Below, piece after piece: positions 46,286 through 60,863 of a DNA stretch of 64,000 nt. The position numbers and the translations under genes were made by a program. The DNA is from Octopus vulgaris. Taxonomy: Eukaryota. The stretch's first letter is position 1, and each line of letters opens with the position of its first letter. A model generated the notes under the pieces. It was not told where the DNA came from. It was given only the letters and a program-made list of their open reading frames with translations, and did not search any database. Where the stretch lies: NCBI GenBank assembly GCA_951406725.2, contig OX597827.1, forward strand, positions 60,884,001 to 60,948,000, in the 5' to 3' direction.

Positions 46286-48011
46286 TTATATAGTAATATG
46301 TATTACATATTAAACACGATATATAATGCGTATTATATAATTCATGCAATCAAATATTACAATGGCAAAAATAAAAAGTAATTAAAAAAAAAGAATTTTA
46401 AAAATTATTTTCATCAGAAAAGTTTTATTATCATTATGCAAATATACATGGTTCTCTTTTTTTTTTTTTTTTAATTTATTTTTAATTTAATTGTTTTAAC
46501 ATCAGAAAGAAACAAACTGTTTTATTTCAGGAAAAAAGAAAACTGTTTTCTCACAGTTGAAAATTATTGGAAATCATCACCATCATAATTGTTATTATTA
46601 TTATTATTTTTTTTAAGGTAGTGAGCTGGCAGAATTGTTAGCACATCTGAAAAAAAATGCTTTGCAGTATTTCATCTGACTCTTAATGTTCTGAGTTCAA
46701 ATTCCACTGAGGTTGATTTTGTTTTATATCATTTCAGAATCAATAGAATGGGTACCAGTTGAGCACTGGGGATTAATGTAATTGACTAGCTCCTGCCCAA
46801 GCCCATCCCAAATTCCAGACCTTGTGCCATTAGTAGAAAGAATTACCATTATTTTAAGGCTTTGAGCTGGTAGAATTATGAGAGCTTCCAACTCATTCTG
46901 CTTCACGATCAAATTCCACCGAGGTCAGTTTTGTCTTACCTCATTAAGGGGTCAATGAAATAAGTCCCAGTTGAACACTTGAGTCAATATAATCAACCGA
47001 CACCCTCTCACCAAAATTGGTTGGCGTTGGGCTTAATAGAAGACACTTGACCAAGGTGCCGTGCAGTGGGGACCAAACCCAAGACCACATGGTTGCAAAA
47101 TGAGCTTCTTAACGATACATCAATTGCTTGTGTCTTTTAGAACAAAAAAAAAAAAGGAAAAAAACATTTTCACATCTTAGAGGTTCATCTTTGATGCAGT
47201 TTCACTTTCCTGTTCTTAGCATTTTAAATAATCACAGTTCATGGGAAAGATATACACAGTAGTGGTAAAATGTTTGCTTCCTAATGACATGGTTCCCGGT
47301 TCAGTCTCACTGCATAGTAGTTTGGGCAAGAGTCTTTTACGATGGAAACTGAAAGAAGCCTGTTGTACATACATCTGTGTCTTTGTTCCCTACCTCTTGT
47401 CTACTAGTGTTAGTTTATGTCCCCATAATTTATCAATGCTTAAAAAAAATAAAAAAGTACTGGGGTTAATTTGTTTGACTAAACCCCTTCAAGGTGGTGT
47501 GCCACACAGGGCCATATCTAATGACTGAAACCAGTAAAAAAGAAAACAGTAAAATATCACTTTACCTCCCACCCCTAAAATACCATAAAATTTCACATTC
47601 GTATCCCACAAAAGTAATTTTCACTTCTCTTCTAACAAGTGTTTAGGTGAGCATTCCCATTATAGTCACAATTAGGTATTGATTGTACTAGACTAAACCC
47701 CACCACCCACCTTTATTCTCCAACATAAACTGGAAAATCTCTACATTTGGTTACATTTCAAATCATGCCAGGGTCATTAAATTATTAAATAGTAGTGATA
47801 AATTGGTGTTGATTCAAGTGAGTATTTTATATATATAAACATTCCCTTACATATGCAGCTGAATCAACATGTACATATGTATATAAACATACACTAATAT
47901 ATATTCAAATCACAGTATATATACACACAAACACACTCAAATAAAATACAATTTTCATGAAAAAAAAATGTCCCATAGTATAAGTATTCCCACCCAAAAA
48001 TTCTTCAAGTT

Positions 48012-48184
48012 TTCCAGTAATCAACTATTATACCTAAACTTGCCCCTTTTATAAGCCTGGACTTATGTTTCCCAGTAATCAAATATTATACCTAAATTTG
48101 TCCCTTTTATAAACCTGGACTTATGTTTCCCAGTAATCAACTATTATATCTAAACTTGTCCCTTTTATAAGCCTGGACTTATGT
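48012..48184. repeat. 58-bp tandem repeat, 3 copies
   Basis: CAGTAATCAA at 48015, 48073 and 48131. Confidence 0.92.
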
Positions 48185-48952
48185 CAATTTAAAACAAAAC
48201 AATTCACTGTCATTGCAAACCTGCAGAAAAAATTATAGATAAACAATATTTAGCTACATCTCTTTTTATCAGTGATGGCCAACTTGTAACAACCAAAGGA
48301 CTTGAAGAAAAAAAAAACACAACAAAATCCCCCAGTAATATAATGTTATAAAAATCTATAAGTATTTACGTCAAACTAAAATCTGAAGTAATGTTACTTG
48401 AGAGAGTGCACAGCTTTGAGGTCAGGGGGTCTCTCCAGGATGAGCTGCTATTTCTCCACATTGAGAGATCACAGCTTCAGTGCAACGGCGGACATTTGAT
48501 TAGAATTGCTACAGAGATCCTTCAAGCCAAGCCAACAGGCAAGGCATCTAAGGGTGGATAAAGAAAGAGATGGTTTGATAATATCAGTTGGTCAAGCTTA
48601 TGAATCAAGCTAGAAAGTGTAATGATGGTTGCTTCTGATAGGACCCTATGGAGGAAGTGCTTCAGGACTCTACCCTGACAATCTTTCCAGGAATAGTAGG
48701 CAGAGAAAATGGGTGAATAAAATACATGTGTACATGTAAGAGCAGCTTCAAAGATAGGATTATTTAACCCTTTTGATACCAACCCACCCTGATTCTATGT
48801 GGCAAACTTAATGTAAATAAAACTATCCGTCAAAATTTCAAGTTAATTTATGATTCAGTGTGTACATTTAGTGTATACATGTGTGCATATCAAGTGTACT
48901 AATGTGTGTATGTATAGTGTGTGTGTAGTATGTATACATGTATAGTGTAGAG

Positions 48953-49263
48953 CAGTGTTTCTCAACTGGGGTTCACACGATAAAATAGTAAACTGGGGAT
49001 CCACAATTGAATTTTAAGGGCCTCTGAAAATATTTTGCTTTAGATGTATGTATTGGTATGTATTGCAAGAAACATAGGTTTCTTTCTCTAATATTTTACA
49101 TAGTTCAACCTATACAAGTTAACGTGTGAAAAGCAAAATAAAAATTTTGAAAGAAGTAACTATAAAACTAGTTTTTAAACATCAAATGGCTATCGGGTCC
49201 ACCAGAATAAAATAGTAATCAAAGGAGTTCATAGATAAAAAAAAAAATGGTTGAGAACCCCTG
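48953..49263. mobile_element. hAT (Charlie-like) MITE
   Basis: TIRs CAGTGTTTCTCAAC and GTTGAGAACCCCTG; 8-bp flanks GTGTAGAG and ATCTAGAG. Confidence 0.78.
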
Positions 49264-50079
49264 ATCTAGAGTGTTATTGTGTGTGCATATGGGAAGCTGA
49301 CCTGCAACTACAAGATGTCCTCCAGATATTTAGAAAAGCATTATGATCCTACAGATGTAAATTGAGAGAAAGTGAGTTGGGTTTGAGATTAACAAATCTG
49401 TTAGAACAAAAAGATGAAGGAAATCTCTCCGAAATAGAAAATGTCCGATAAGTGAATTGATATCGAAATGAGAGTGAGAGATGGTTGTTAGTTGCTGAAG
49501 ATACTCGTTCGTTTAAATTTGAGAATACAGAAGCAAGACTAATTTGTGCAATCTAAAAACATTAGATTCAATAGTAAAATAACAAATGATGATAACGGTG
49601 AGCTTCTAACAATACAGAAAGGACAAGTTAAGTAACCTTTATATTGCTGACATTATAAGAATCTCAAACTTTCAAGAGAAATAATTATTTTTTGGCAACA
49701 GTAGATTTTGAAGGACACAGAGCTACAACAGCACATACACACTGGATAGAAGGGCCAGCCTTTGACTCTTTCTATCCCAAAGAGCTTTACAACCCAATAT
49801 CTACATGCTGTTATGTATTACCTCTACATATTTCTGGCCACCACCAAAAGTGAATGGCTTAAAGAAAATTAAGTTTAGATCTTGCCATGTTGACTGCTGT
49901 ACAGGTCTCTGGGTCTGAAACATGTAAAGGTCACTTAACTTTCCCATTTTGCATTGTTAGAAGCTTTCCGTCTTCATTATTTGTTATTCTACATCTGTAT
50001 CACAATGCTTCAAGCAAATTACAATGCTCTTCTTTATTAGATTTAAAAGATTTTCTAGTTTTTACCATCGTAGTTATCG

Positions 50080-50416
50080 AGACCCCCTTTGGTCATGAAG
50101 GACCATGGGATTGCATCTAGGAAGTTACCCTCTGAGGCACAAGTCCGGGCAAAGTTGTTTATGGAAGGCCAACAGTCGCCCATGCATATCAGCCTCCTGC
50201 TCTCCACACCACTGATGTTATCCAAGAGAAAGGCAACGGCCAATACAGCTTGGCACCTGGCACGTTGCAACTCATTTCTACAGCTGAGTGAACTGGAGCA
50301 ACATGAAATAAAGTGTCTTGCTCAAGAACACAACACGCAGCCCAGTCCGGGAATCGAGCTCACAACATCACGATCGTAAGCTCGACGCTCTAACCACTGA
50401 GCCATGCGCCTTCACC
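50080..50416 (-). mobile_element. SINE family D (tRNA-derived head); partial copy at 1752-1980
   Basis: On -, GGCTCAGTGGTTAGAGCGTCG..TCGATTCCCGG..GTTGTGTTCTTGAGCAAGACACTT. Confidence 0.8.
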
Positions 50417-52613
50417 ATCATAGTTATAAAAAGTTGGTTTCTCAACAATCACAATTCCTTATACTAATGCAATCACCATACATTCTATACCAAATATCAG
50501 CATTTTAACATCTACTTTTCTATACTTGCATGGATCAGATAGAATTATTTGAGTCAGATTTCTATAAGTCTTCCTTCCTATCACCAACTTTCACAGGTTT
50601 CTAAGAGAGGAATATTTTACCATGGCTAGACATGATTTCACAGATTGGAAATGAAAGACACTGCTTCTATGACAGTGACGGTCACTTACAACTATCACAT
50701 GATGTCAAGACAGAGACACACACACACACACGTGTGTGTGTACATACATGCATGCATGTATGTATATATATATATATATATAATGGGATTCTTTTAGTTT
50801 CTGTCTACCAAATCCACTCAGAAGGCTTTGGTCAGCCAGAAGCTATTGTAAAAGACACGTTTGTCCAATGAGGCACAGTGGAACTGAACCCAGAACTGCA
50901 TTGTTGGGAAGCAAACTTCTTAACCTCACAGCCATCAGTTTTATAAACTTATACTTAAATTATCTTAATGAAAATTAAATGCAGAAAGGAATTTTAACGA
51001 GTACTACAATTTGTGCCATTCAATATTAATAATGATTTCTAACATAGGCAGAACATAACTATTTCAATGACCCCCCCAGAGGGATGAAAGACAAGTCACC
51101 TTTAGAAGGATTTAAACTCAAAATGTAAAAACCCATAACTAAATGCCACAAGGCATTTTCCCCAATGTTAACAATTTGGCAATCCACAATCCTTTGCTAA
51201 TTTTCAGTGTAAGGGCCAGAAATTTGTAGGGAAGAAAATATAATTAGCAGAACTGAGCCCAATATATTACTGGTACATATTTTATATTAATCCCCGAAGG
51301 GATGAAAGATGAAGTGTCAATCCCAGTTGGAAATGAACTTAGAATGTAAAAATTTGTAAATAGATACCACAAAGTACTTCTTTCATCTGTCTTCTGTTTG
51401 TTCTATATCAACTTGTCTGGTATGTATCTTATCAAACTAGGAAGATGACAGACAGTTTGGTATTGTTAATAATAATAATAATAACTCTTTCTAATTTTTG
51501 GTACAAGGACAGCAATTTTTAAGGGACAGAGAAGTCAATTACATTGAACCTGGTGTTGAACTGGTAAGATATCTTATTGTCCCCAAAAGGATGAAAGGTA
51601 AAATCAACCTTGGTGGCACTGAAACTCAGAATGTAAAGAACCGGAAGGAATACCACTAAGCATTTTGTTTGATGTGCTAACAATTGTCATTGATAATTAG
51701 TCAGATAATTAAATTATAAATTTTTCACATAAGATCCTAAAAACTGAAGACCTTAGTCACTCTATTGTGAAGTAAGTGGTCATACAGGAATAGTCATTTA
51801 CAATACAATGTCCAAAAATTTAATTACAATGTATTATAACAATCATATAGTAGCGCCAAGTTTGTCCGTCCATGGGATGCTTCTAGTTTCTGTAGTGCTA
51901 AGCAAATGAGATAAATCTCTACTGTTAATTGTAATGAGCTGGCAAGATTGTATCTATGGCAAGACGTATCAGAAAAGGCTTCTTCACAAACCTACTGTTG
52001 TTGTTGTTGTTGTTAAACCAATATCTACTTTAGTCAGGAATTCAAGAACAAAATGGTTACTGCAACCAGTGAGAGAATTTCTACAGGGTCTCTAAACCAT
52101 TGAAACTAGTACCATCGTCCAGCAATCTCCATAATGTCTTTGAGAATGGAAGCTACATGATTTTAAGATGTAAGCCTTAAAAAGTGGTATTTCAAAGACT
52201 TTAACCTTTATTCAATATAAGACCAAATGATCCCAGCTATGATGCTAATGAAAGGGCTGTTGAATCCCACCAATCATAATGGTCTCACCAACCCACCTGT
52301 TGGCACCACCAACCCACCTGTCCTTTGTTTAGATTTCCTAACGGATTCATACTGACACAGGCTATCATTCTTCATCAGCATCATGGTTTTACACAAGCAG
52401 TACTGACCGCTGCCACAATAACAAGTCAATCCTGTAATCACTTTTCATCCATACAAGATGGAATACTCGGCACCATCAGCCATATTAAAATTGCGCCAAT
52501 GCCAAACAAGAAGCTGCCACGTTATAGACAAACTCACATGTATTGAAGGAATTCTGATGGGAAGTGAGTACAGTAGCTAACAGGATTGGTGGAGTATCCA
52601 GCAAACAGTTTAA

Positions 52614-52827
52614 TTCTTTCACATTCGAGTTACTGTCAAAGGCAATGCTTATTCATTCACATTCTTATGAATTAATCATGCATCATCTTGTAGCTTCAAG
52701 ATTTTGATGATGTGGTTGTTTATTTTTAGAATGACATTGCAGGGTTGGTGTAAGAAGCTGGATCTGGTCAGTTTGAACATAAAACAGAACATCTAAGCTG
52801 GATATGGCTGCTTTAAATGTTAAAGGG
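52614..52827. mobile_element. piggyBac-type MITE, degenerate copy
   Basis: Homologous to 59649-59868; a reverse copy lies at about 39425-39649. Confidence 0.7.
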
Positions 52828-53358
52828 TTAGCAGTTTTTGTCCTTTCAACACTGCTGTATTCCCTAACAAACTGACTTAACTTTCAATGAAGCTAATTCA
52901 CTTAGCTTTCAATGGGTGTCATGTAAAAGAGAAGAAGCAGTATTGTTCACTACTGTTAAACAGCAAGTTTCATAGATTATTGATCTCAAATCAATAAAAT
53001 AAGTATCAACAATAAACTGAGATTGAGTCAATCAACCCACTTCACCTCTACCCTGACCTTACAAAAAGTTGTTGATGCCTTCTCAAATAAAACTAATATA
53101 GTATTATTTTATTTTTAATAAGGAAGTCTGCAAATTAAACAGCAATGTAAATAATTTAAACTGAATCAAGAAAACTAACTAAATTTAGATCGAAACAAAT
53201 ATATATATATATCTTGTTTCTCTCCTTGTTTTTTCTGTGTCTCTTTCTGTAGAAGAGCATAGGCTCGAAACGTAAAATACTTTTTCTATTCCTGAGCGTT
53301 ATACTAATACATCTGTTTGTTTTGTATACCACCTGCCTTCGTCTTTCTCATAATCTCT

Positions 53359-53396
<38 letters not shown>

Positions 53397-53617
53397 ATAT
53401 ATGGATTTAAAAGTAGATTAACATTAGAAAAAGATTTTAGTGATAGATCCTGAATTAACTATCTTACTTTTGACTAAACCCAAAGCCATGAAAGGATTAA
53501 AAGGAAAGTTTAATTAGTTTAATAATATCTCACTGTTACATTATACTAAACTACAGAATATTGCCATAGATATAGAAACTCATAAAAGCTAACCTTCTTC
53601 AGGTCCCATTTCTTCCT

Positions 53618-55560
53618 TTATTTCCAAAACTTATTCAATAAAATCAATGTAGTACTTAAAATGGCGGCTCCCAAAACAAAGTAACTGATATTTTGGGGAG
53701 TGAAATGACGTTTAAAGTCTATCTTAGAGGCAGGTTCTTCCTTTTCTTTGTTCTCTTGCTCTGCCTTTATCTGAATAGCTGCTTCAATAGCTGAGTCGAC
53801 AATTTCAGAAGCAGATTTCTCTATGTGACTTCCGTGTTCGTCTTTAATTAGAGATTCTTCAGATTTGCTGAGGCTTTTATCTAGAATATCTTGAGAGTCA
53901 GCTTCAAATACATCAACGGTATTCGCAGAGTCCATCACTTCAGCTTCACACTTGCTTTCAAATCCTGAATCCAAAGCACTGGCCTCTTCAGGCAAGATTT
54001 TCTGAGCCACCAAGGTAGGTGTTTCTCTATCATGTGATGTTTCAGAGAGAACTTTCTTATGCTGAGTTTCCTCGGGAACTGTAGTCTTAGTTTCAAGAGA
54101 TATTTCATCCTGGAAGCCATCTTTTGGACTCGTTTTTTCAGAATGATCCCTAGCAGTATCCCCAGACATTTGACTCTGAAATGCAGCCACACTATCTCCT
54201 TTACTCAATTCAAATGACCCACCAGTTTTCACTACATTTACCTCAGAATCGCTTGAAGCATCTGATGCAATATTTTGGAAGCCACTTTCAGGAACTGTTG
54301 GCTCCAAAATTTCTGCTTTAACATCGGAATTATCCTCGATATGGTGATCAGGTGTTGAAGTAGTCTCTACTGATGGTTTAACACTTTCTGATGGAATTTC
54401 CGAAATGGTTTTAGCAACATTTTCAGCATCAGGTGTAATAGTTTTATCAGAGTCTTCAAGAACATCATTGGAACTTGACAATTTACTTTCTAATAAGACA
54501 CTGTTTTGGTTTATGGTATCAGTTTCATTCAGTTCCTCAGCTTCTTTAGGCTTCTGTGTGTTGGAGTAAGCAAAAGGACTCGTGCTGCCGGTCTGCGGAA
54601 GTGAGGAACTGGACTTTGAACCGGAAACAGAGTCCTTAGCAAAAAATGGGCTTGAAAGCGATGTATCAGAAGAACTACTGTTGGAATAAAAATTAGACAT
54701 TTCAGGAGTTTCCTGCTTGGTAGATGATGATGACGACGATGATGATGGCAATGACTCCTTTGAGTAACTAGGAGATGTTGAATAATCTGGAGTTACCATT
54801 GAACTAATGACTGAACTTTGTGGAAGCAGTGGTGTCAAAGTTGGTGAAACAAGATTCCTATCAGACTGAAGGTCATCTCTGACGGACCAATTCTCAGGAA
54901 CTTGATTAAAATTAGGGATATTAAGTGTTGCTTCATTCCTCTGTAGAATTTTGGATTCATATTCTGTATCTTTGCTCACTTGGGACAGATCCTCACCAAA
55001 CAGCTCTTCTGAAACTGCTTCTGGCTTTTGTTCATATTTACTATCGCTATCACCACCGGAAGAACTATGATTTGAGGCAGCATCATTGTAGTGAGACACA
55101 TTCTTAGCATCAGTATCAAGGAAGACAGCATTTGACATGAATCTATGCTCTTCTAAATCATTATTATTGTCTGCATCAAGCGATGCAGTGTTTATTGTCT
55201 TGTTGCTGTCCAATGTATGTTTAGCATCCAGGGCGCTGTCTTTACCTGCCTCGTGCTGAATATTCTGGAATTTGCTGTTGGGCAGCAAGCCAGGAGCAGA
55301 GTTTAATTTCTGCCCATCGCCTACCAGAGGTTCCATGTTATTTCCTTCGACAAATGGAACAGAGTATGGCATATGTTCACTTACATGAGTGTTGTTCAGT
55401 ACCTCTTGTGCATCCTGCATCTTTCCAAGTGCAATTAACAAAGTATCTATATCAGATTTAGTGTGAGTAAGCCAGTTGTAAATAAGATTAACCAGAGAGC
55501 TACCTGAATCAGTTTTCAAGCTTATGTCTTCAAGTTGTGATACTTCTTCCAAACTGTAGC
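53618..55560 (-). CDS. MAVS: MAVS-like last exon: death-domain C-half, long low-complexity linker, tail anchor
   Basis: Acceptor TATGTAG|GC TAC. Reads GYSLEEVSQLE..LIYNWL..IDTLLIALGKM..ISYFVLGAAILSTTLILLNKFWK then TAA; 1.9 kb open frame. Confidence 0.9.
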
Positions 55561-58360
55561 CTACATAAAAACAAAAAGAAAAAAGAAATTCCATTAATTC
55601 ATCTTAAAATGCTGGATCTTTCTGAAACCTATTATCTTAAAATACTAGATTTTTCTAAAACTCACCAATTTATATTAAAATACCGGTTCTTTTTAAAAAC
55701 CATTAATTTATCTTAAAATGTTAGATCTTTCTAAAACCCGTTAATTTATCTTACCCATTCAATTTGAAATAAAATATTAGTAAAAAAATGTAATCCAACA
55801 AAAGAACCACAAACTAGACGGACACTACAAATTGTGTTCATGTCCACGAGACATTTATCAATGGTTCAGCCTGCCTAGCTATAAACAGATATCACAAACA
55901 AGTACAATGCACTACCATAGGCTGTAGTTACTGTCAGATGCCATTGTTTATTCTCTTGTTAGTTGCAAGGCAGGGATGAGAATTAGTCTTGTGAAGACTG
56001 AGAGATTGATCCTCTCAAAGAAAGTCTTTCTAGGGCACTTTGCATGTTTATGGAACGTCACTGAGGCAAGTGAAGAAGTTTAAGTATCTTAAAGCCATAT
56101 TAAAAAATGATGGGAAGAGGAACACTGAATTGATTGCTAGAATTGCAGTTGCTCTCACAGTAGTGTGCCAGCTTCTTCAATTCAGTTTTCATGCCTACCC
56201 TAAGGTCACAAATGTTGAGTAATGACTGAAAGAGTATGATAACAGATATAAGCAGTTGAAATGAGTTTCTTCTGAAGAATCTCTGGATGACATTACTTGA
56301 CAGTATGCATAACTTATAGACTATGGAGTCTCTCTGAGTTGAGTCATGACTTCTCCATGTTGGGAGGTCACAGCTCCAGTACTATGGATATGAGATTAAA
56401 CAATCACATGACAGACTCTTGAAACTGCATCAACCAGCAGGAGGCCTAGTGGTAGGCCAAGAACACAATAGTTGGATATTCTTATATTACAAAAGACATG
56501 CTGATCTCTGTTTGTCCACTCGTCACACCATATATTTAGAAAGGAAGGAGAAAAAGTTGATGTTAAGAGAGAAATACAGTAGTAATGTCTTGGCAATAAA
56601 TGCTAGATAATTATCATAGTAATACAGTGGCTGTGAAGGTAAGATGCTGGCATACAGAGGTAGCACATCATAACAAAGGTCACCAAGATTTTTGTTATAT
56701 AGGACACAGTTTATCTTAAATAGGAAAAAATAAAACAGAAAATGTTTTATACTTAAAGCATCAGCAAGGGAACCATCTTACAACCAAATCTCAATATCAA
56801 AATATGTTAACATTTTTAAAAAATAAACTCCATGGAAAAAAATTTGTTGAAGAAGAGGAGTCTGTTTGTCTGTCTCTCTCTTGATACTCTACATCAAATG
56901 ATAATCAGTAATTAAAAAAAAAATCCATCACCAAACTAGTTAATTAACTGCTGTGTGCTTTACAAATGATGTGGAAGGAACCTGTGGAAGTGATAGATCC
57001 AGGAAAACATGAGACGAAGGGGTGAAACATGATCTTTGGATGTTGAATTTCACAGAGGTGATAAGTGATCAAGATCTTTGGTGATTAGCTATGCTTGAGA
57101 AGATATGTCAAGTCAAGTGGAATCACAGTGGTGAATAGTAAAAGGCACCCACTACACTCATGGGGTGGTTGGTGTTAAGAAAGGCATCCAACCATAGAAA
57201 CCAAAACAAATCAAAGCCGAGCCTGGTACAGCTCTCCAGCTTATCAACCTGTCAAACTATCTGACCCATGCCAGCTTGGAAAATGGACACTAAATTATGA
57301 TGATGGTGATGTGTATTTTACCAATACAAAACTATAACTGATCAATGACCAAAATCATTTGCTGTAAACATACCAAGATGTAAAGCCAACAGTCTCCAGC
57401 TTTCAGGGTATTCTTGGTCCAATCGTTTCAGGGGCCCAAGTAGGTTTGGTAGAATGGATTCCCATTTAGATTCATCTGGAATACTCCACTGTCTGCTCAC
57501 CTCGTTTTGCAGTGATTTGTAAGTATTTTTATAGTAGTTATTATTATTTTTCCCACAGCTGTACTCGTTACTAAAATGGTAATTCTTAGACACCAGATCT
57601 GGAAACAAAGAAAGGTAAATTATGATCAATTTTTTATTTTCATAGCAAAAGGGCATTAAAAAAAAATACTGAAAAGGAAGAAAAGACCACATGGGGAAAA
57701 AAACACAGTTTGGGTTCTAAAAGAAAGAAGGACAAAAGTGAATATGTGGGTAGAAGTGATATGCTGCTCTCACTCAGAGTAGAAGCCAGTGATAAAATAA
57801 TTTGTCTTTATCATTCAGTCCAATAGCATTTTTTGTCTAGTTTAGGGTGTTTATATGCAGCAAGCTGGCAGAATAGTTAACATGCTGGGTGAAATGCTGA
57901 GGCCAACTTAGCCTTTCATCGTTTCATGGTCAATAAATTAAGGGCCAGTCGAGCATGGGGTGAGCAATATAATTGGCTTAACTACTCTTGGGTATGAGTA
58001 TAAAAAACAAAAGAAAAAAAGACTGCATCAATCTGCCAAGCCATGTCAAGCCAGAATGACAGAGTAGGTTCATCAAACCAATATGATTTCAAGCTCAAAT
58101 TCACAGCTTCCATGCCAGACTATGTTTGGTGGGGTGCACAGGCTGAGACCTTCATCTTGCAGTAGACTGAACGTAGGCAATCCAATCCAATCCAATCTAA
58201 TCTAAAATGCAGTAGTAATATCAATGTCCAAGATGTTGGGGGTAATGTTTCATTGGAGTAGCAATTTATTAATATTCTCTAGCCTCGGGCCGACCAAAGC
58301 CTTGTGAGTGGATTTGGTAGACGGAAACTGAAAGAAGCTCATTGTATATATGTATATATG

Positions 58361-58391
<31 letters not shown>

Positions 58392-60831
58392 CTGTCCCCT
58401 GCAACATCACTTGACAACTGATGCTGGTGTGTTTACATCACTATAACTTAGCGGTTCAGCAAACGAGACCGATAGAATAAGTACTAGGCTTACAAAGAAT
58501 AAGTGCTGTGGTCGATTTGCTCGACAAAAGGCGGTGCTCCAGCATGACCACAGTCAAATGACTGAAACAAGTAAAATAGTAAGTGTAATTCATAATCTCT
58601 ATGGCATGTCTTACCTAATGTCACTCTATATCCCACAGCTATCTTAGTTTTGTAAGAATTACTAAATAGTTAATAAGATGAGTTTGACAATTGTCATGAG
58701 GCATAAAGGAAAAGCAAAGTTGAACTTGGCAGGGTTTGGAATCAGAATATAAAGGGGTATACCTGGTGTTCTATCAGTTCTCTCATTTGCTACTATGACA
58801 ATGCTAAGGGCAGAGTAACAACAGCTGTCACACTCAGAGCAAGCAAATTCACCCTGTCCACTTTCATTCCTGTCACTATCAGAATCTCAAGGCATACAGA
58901 AGGTGACTGAACAGTGGAGAATGTGCAACCTGGGTGGGCTACCGAGTTGCACCACTGCATGCAATTAACTTGTGTATGTAGGTCAGGAGTAGTATGATTG
59001 TCTATGCTAGGTGGAAGCATGGCATATTGAGAACAACAGGTCTGTGAGCTAATATCTAGTCATTCAGCCAACCACCTGCATGCTGTATATGTGTACGTGA
59101 TCAAAAGCTGATATGGAACTCTACAATAACAACAGATAAGACAATGTTGAGAGAGCAACAACAAGTCCAGACTGTCAGTGAACCCCATACAGATTAATTA
59201 CTGTTTACGGAAATACCCAGTATTTTATTTTATTATTTCTTTTTTTCATTAATTAATTTGGGAGAAAAAAAAATGTAATGTGGCTTTGTGGTAAGTAGCC
59301 GATAGAATAAGTACTAGGCTTACAAAGAATAAGTCCTGGGGTCGATTTGTTCGACTAAAGGCGGGGCTCCAGCATGGCCGCAGTCAAATGACTGAAACAA
59401 GTAAAAGAGTAAAAGAGAGAATAGAGATAAACTCACCTTCTTGGGACCGTTTCACTTTCTCAGCTAAGTCAGGTAGGTTGATGCTGGAACTGAGTAAAGC
59501 TTCAGCTAGTCTCAACTGCCAGTGCTCACTTGATGCAAGATGATGAAGTAAACTATTCACAGCAGCCTCGTTCCCTTTAATTTCATATTCCAGTTCAATT
59601 TGATCCTATGAAAAACAGGGATTCATTTGCCTATTTTAGAACAATTAACCCTTTAATATTCAGAGTACTCCATAAAATTTAATGCTTTTTGATTCACACT
59701 GTTTTGAAGTAATCATGCATTATCTTGTAGCTTTAAGATTTTGATGATGTGGTTGCTTATTTTTAGAATGACATTGTAGGGTAGGTGTGAGAGGCTGAAT
59801 ATGGCCAGTCTGAACATAAAACAAGTAGAATATTTGGGTCGGAAACGGCCGGTTTAAAAACTAAAGGGTTAAACACTACATACAGATGGGGTATGCATGG
59901 CCCATACAAACAACTAGACGAGATGTACCTACATTTATTGTAGTGATATCAAAGTTCTTCATTCATGAAATACCAAAACACAAAAGAAGTTGCATTAGTA
60001 TCAATGGCGGTGCCTCACTATGACTAGAGCCCTATCAGTAAAAGAAAGTGTTGTGTCATTATGTGTGTGTGTTTTAATTGGCACAAGTTTTGAAGTGACT
60101 GAAAGGATGAGAGTTTTGCCCCTGAAACTCTTGGCTTTTGAGACTTAACTGACTTTTCAAAAGTCAAAATATGTATGATGGAACCTGATAAAACCAAGGT
60201 CAGTCTTAGGTTGGTGGGTTTCAAAAGGGGTTAAGGTAAAAGCAAAGTTTTGTTGTTTTTCTTTCAATAAGAATTGAAACAGTGATCCTGTGATTAACAG
60301 GATCACTGCTTTTAAACTATTTTTCACAGTAAGATGAAATATACTCTTTTACTTGTTTCAGACATTTGACTGTGGCCATGCTGGAGCACCACCTTTAGTC
60401 GAGCAAATCAACCCCAGGACTTATTCTTTGTAAGCTTAGTACTTATTCTATTGGTCTCTTTTGCTGAACCACTAAGTTAAGGGGTCATAAACACACCAGC
60501 ATCGGTTGTCAAGCGATGTTGGGGGGACAAACACACACACACACACACGATGGGCTTCTTTCAGTTTCCGACTACCAAATCCACTCACAAGGCTTTGGTC
60601 AACTCGAGGCTATAGCAGAAGACACTTGCCCAAGGTACCACGCAGTGGGACTGAACCCAGAAACATGTGGTTGGTAAACAAGCTATTTACCACACAGCCA
60701 CTCCTACGCCTATATAACTAAATAACTTTTTTGATTCCCATTTTTTTCATTAAAATCTTAACTTTTCTGCTTTATATTATCATTTCATAAATGCACAACA
60801 TATTAGAATGCTAGAAAAAAAAAAAGAAAAA

Positions 60832-60863
<32 letters not shown>

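Noticed and set aside
50340-50416. tRNA genes (also 12059-12135 and 37650-37725)
   Set aside because: They are tRNA-derived SINE heads that run on into SINE bodies, with imperfect acceptor stems.
55561-55594. Start Met and MEFLFSFCFYV of the 658-aa ORF
   Set aside because: This is the intronic polypyrimidine tract. The exon begins after TAG at 55560 and joins the upstream exon in phase 1.
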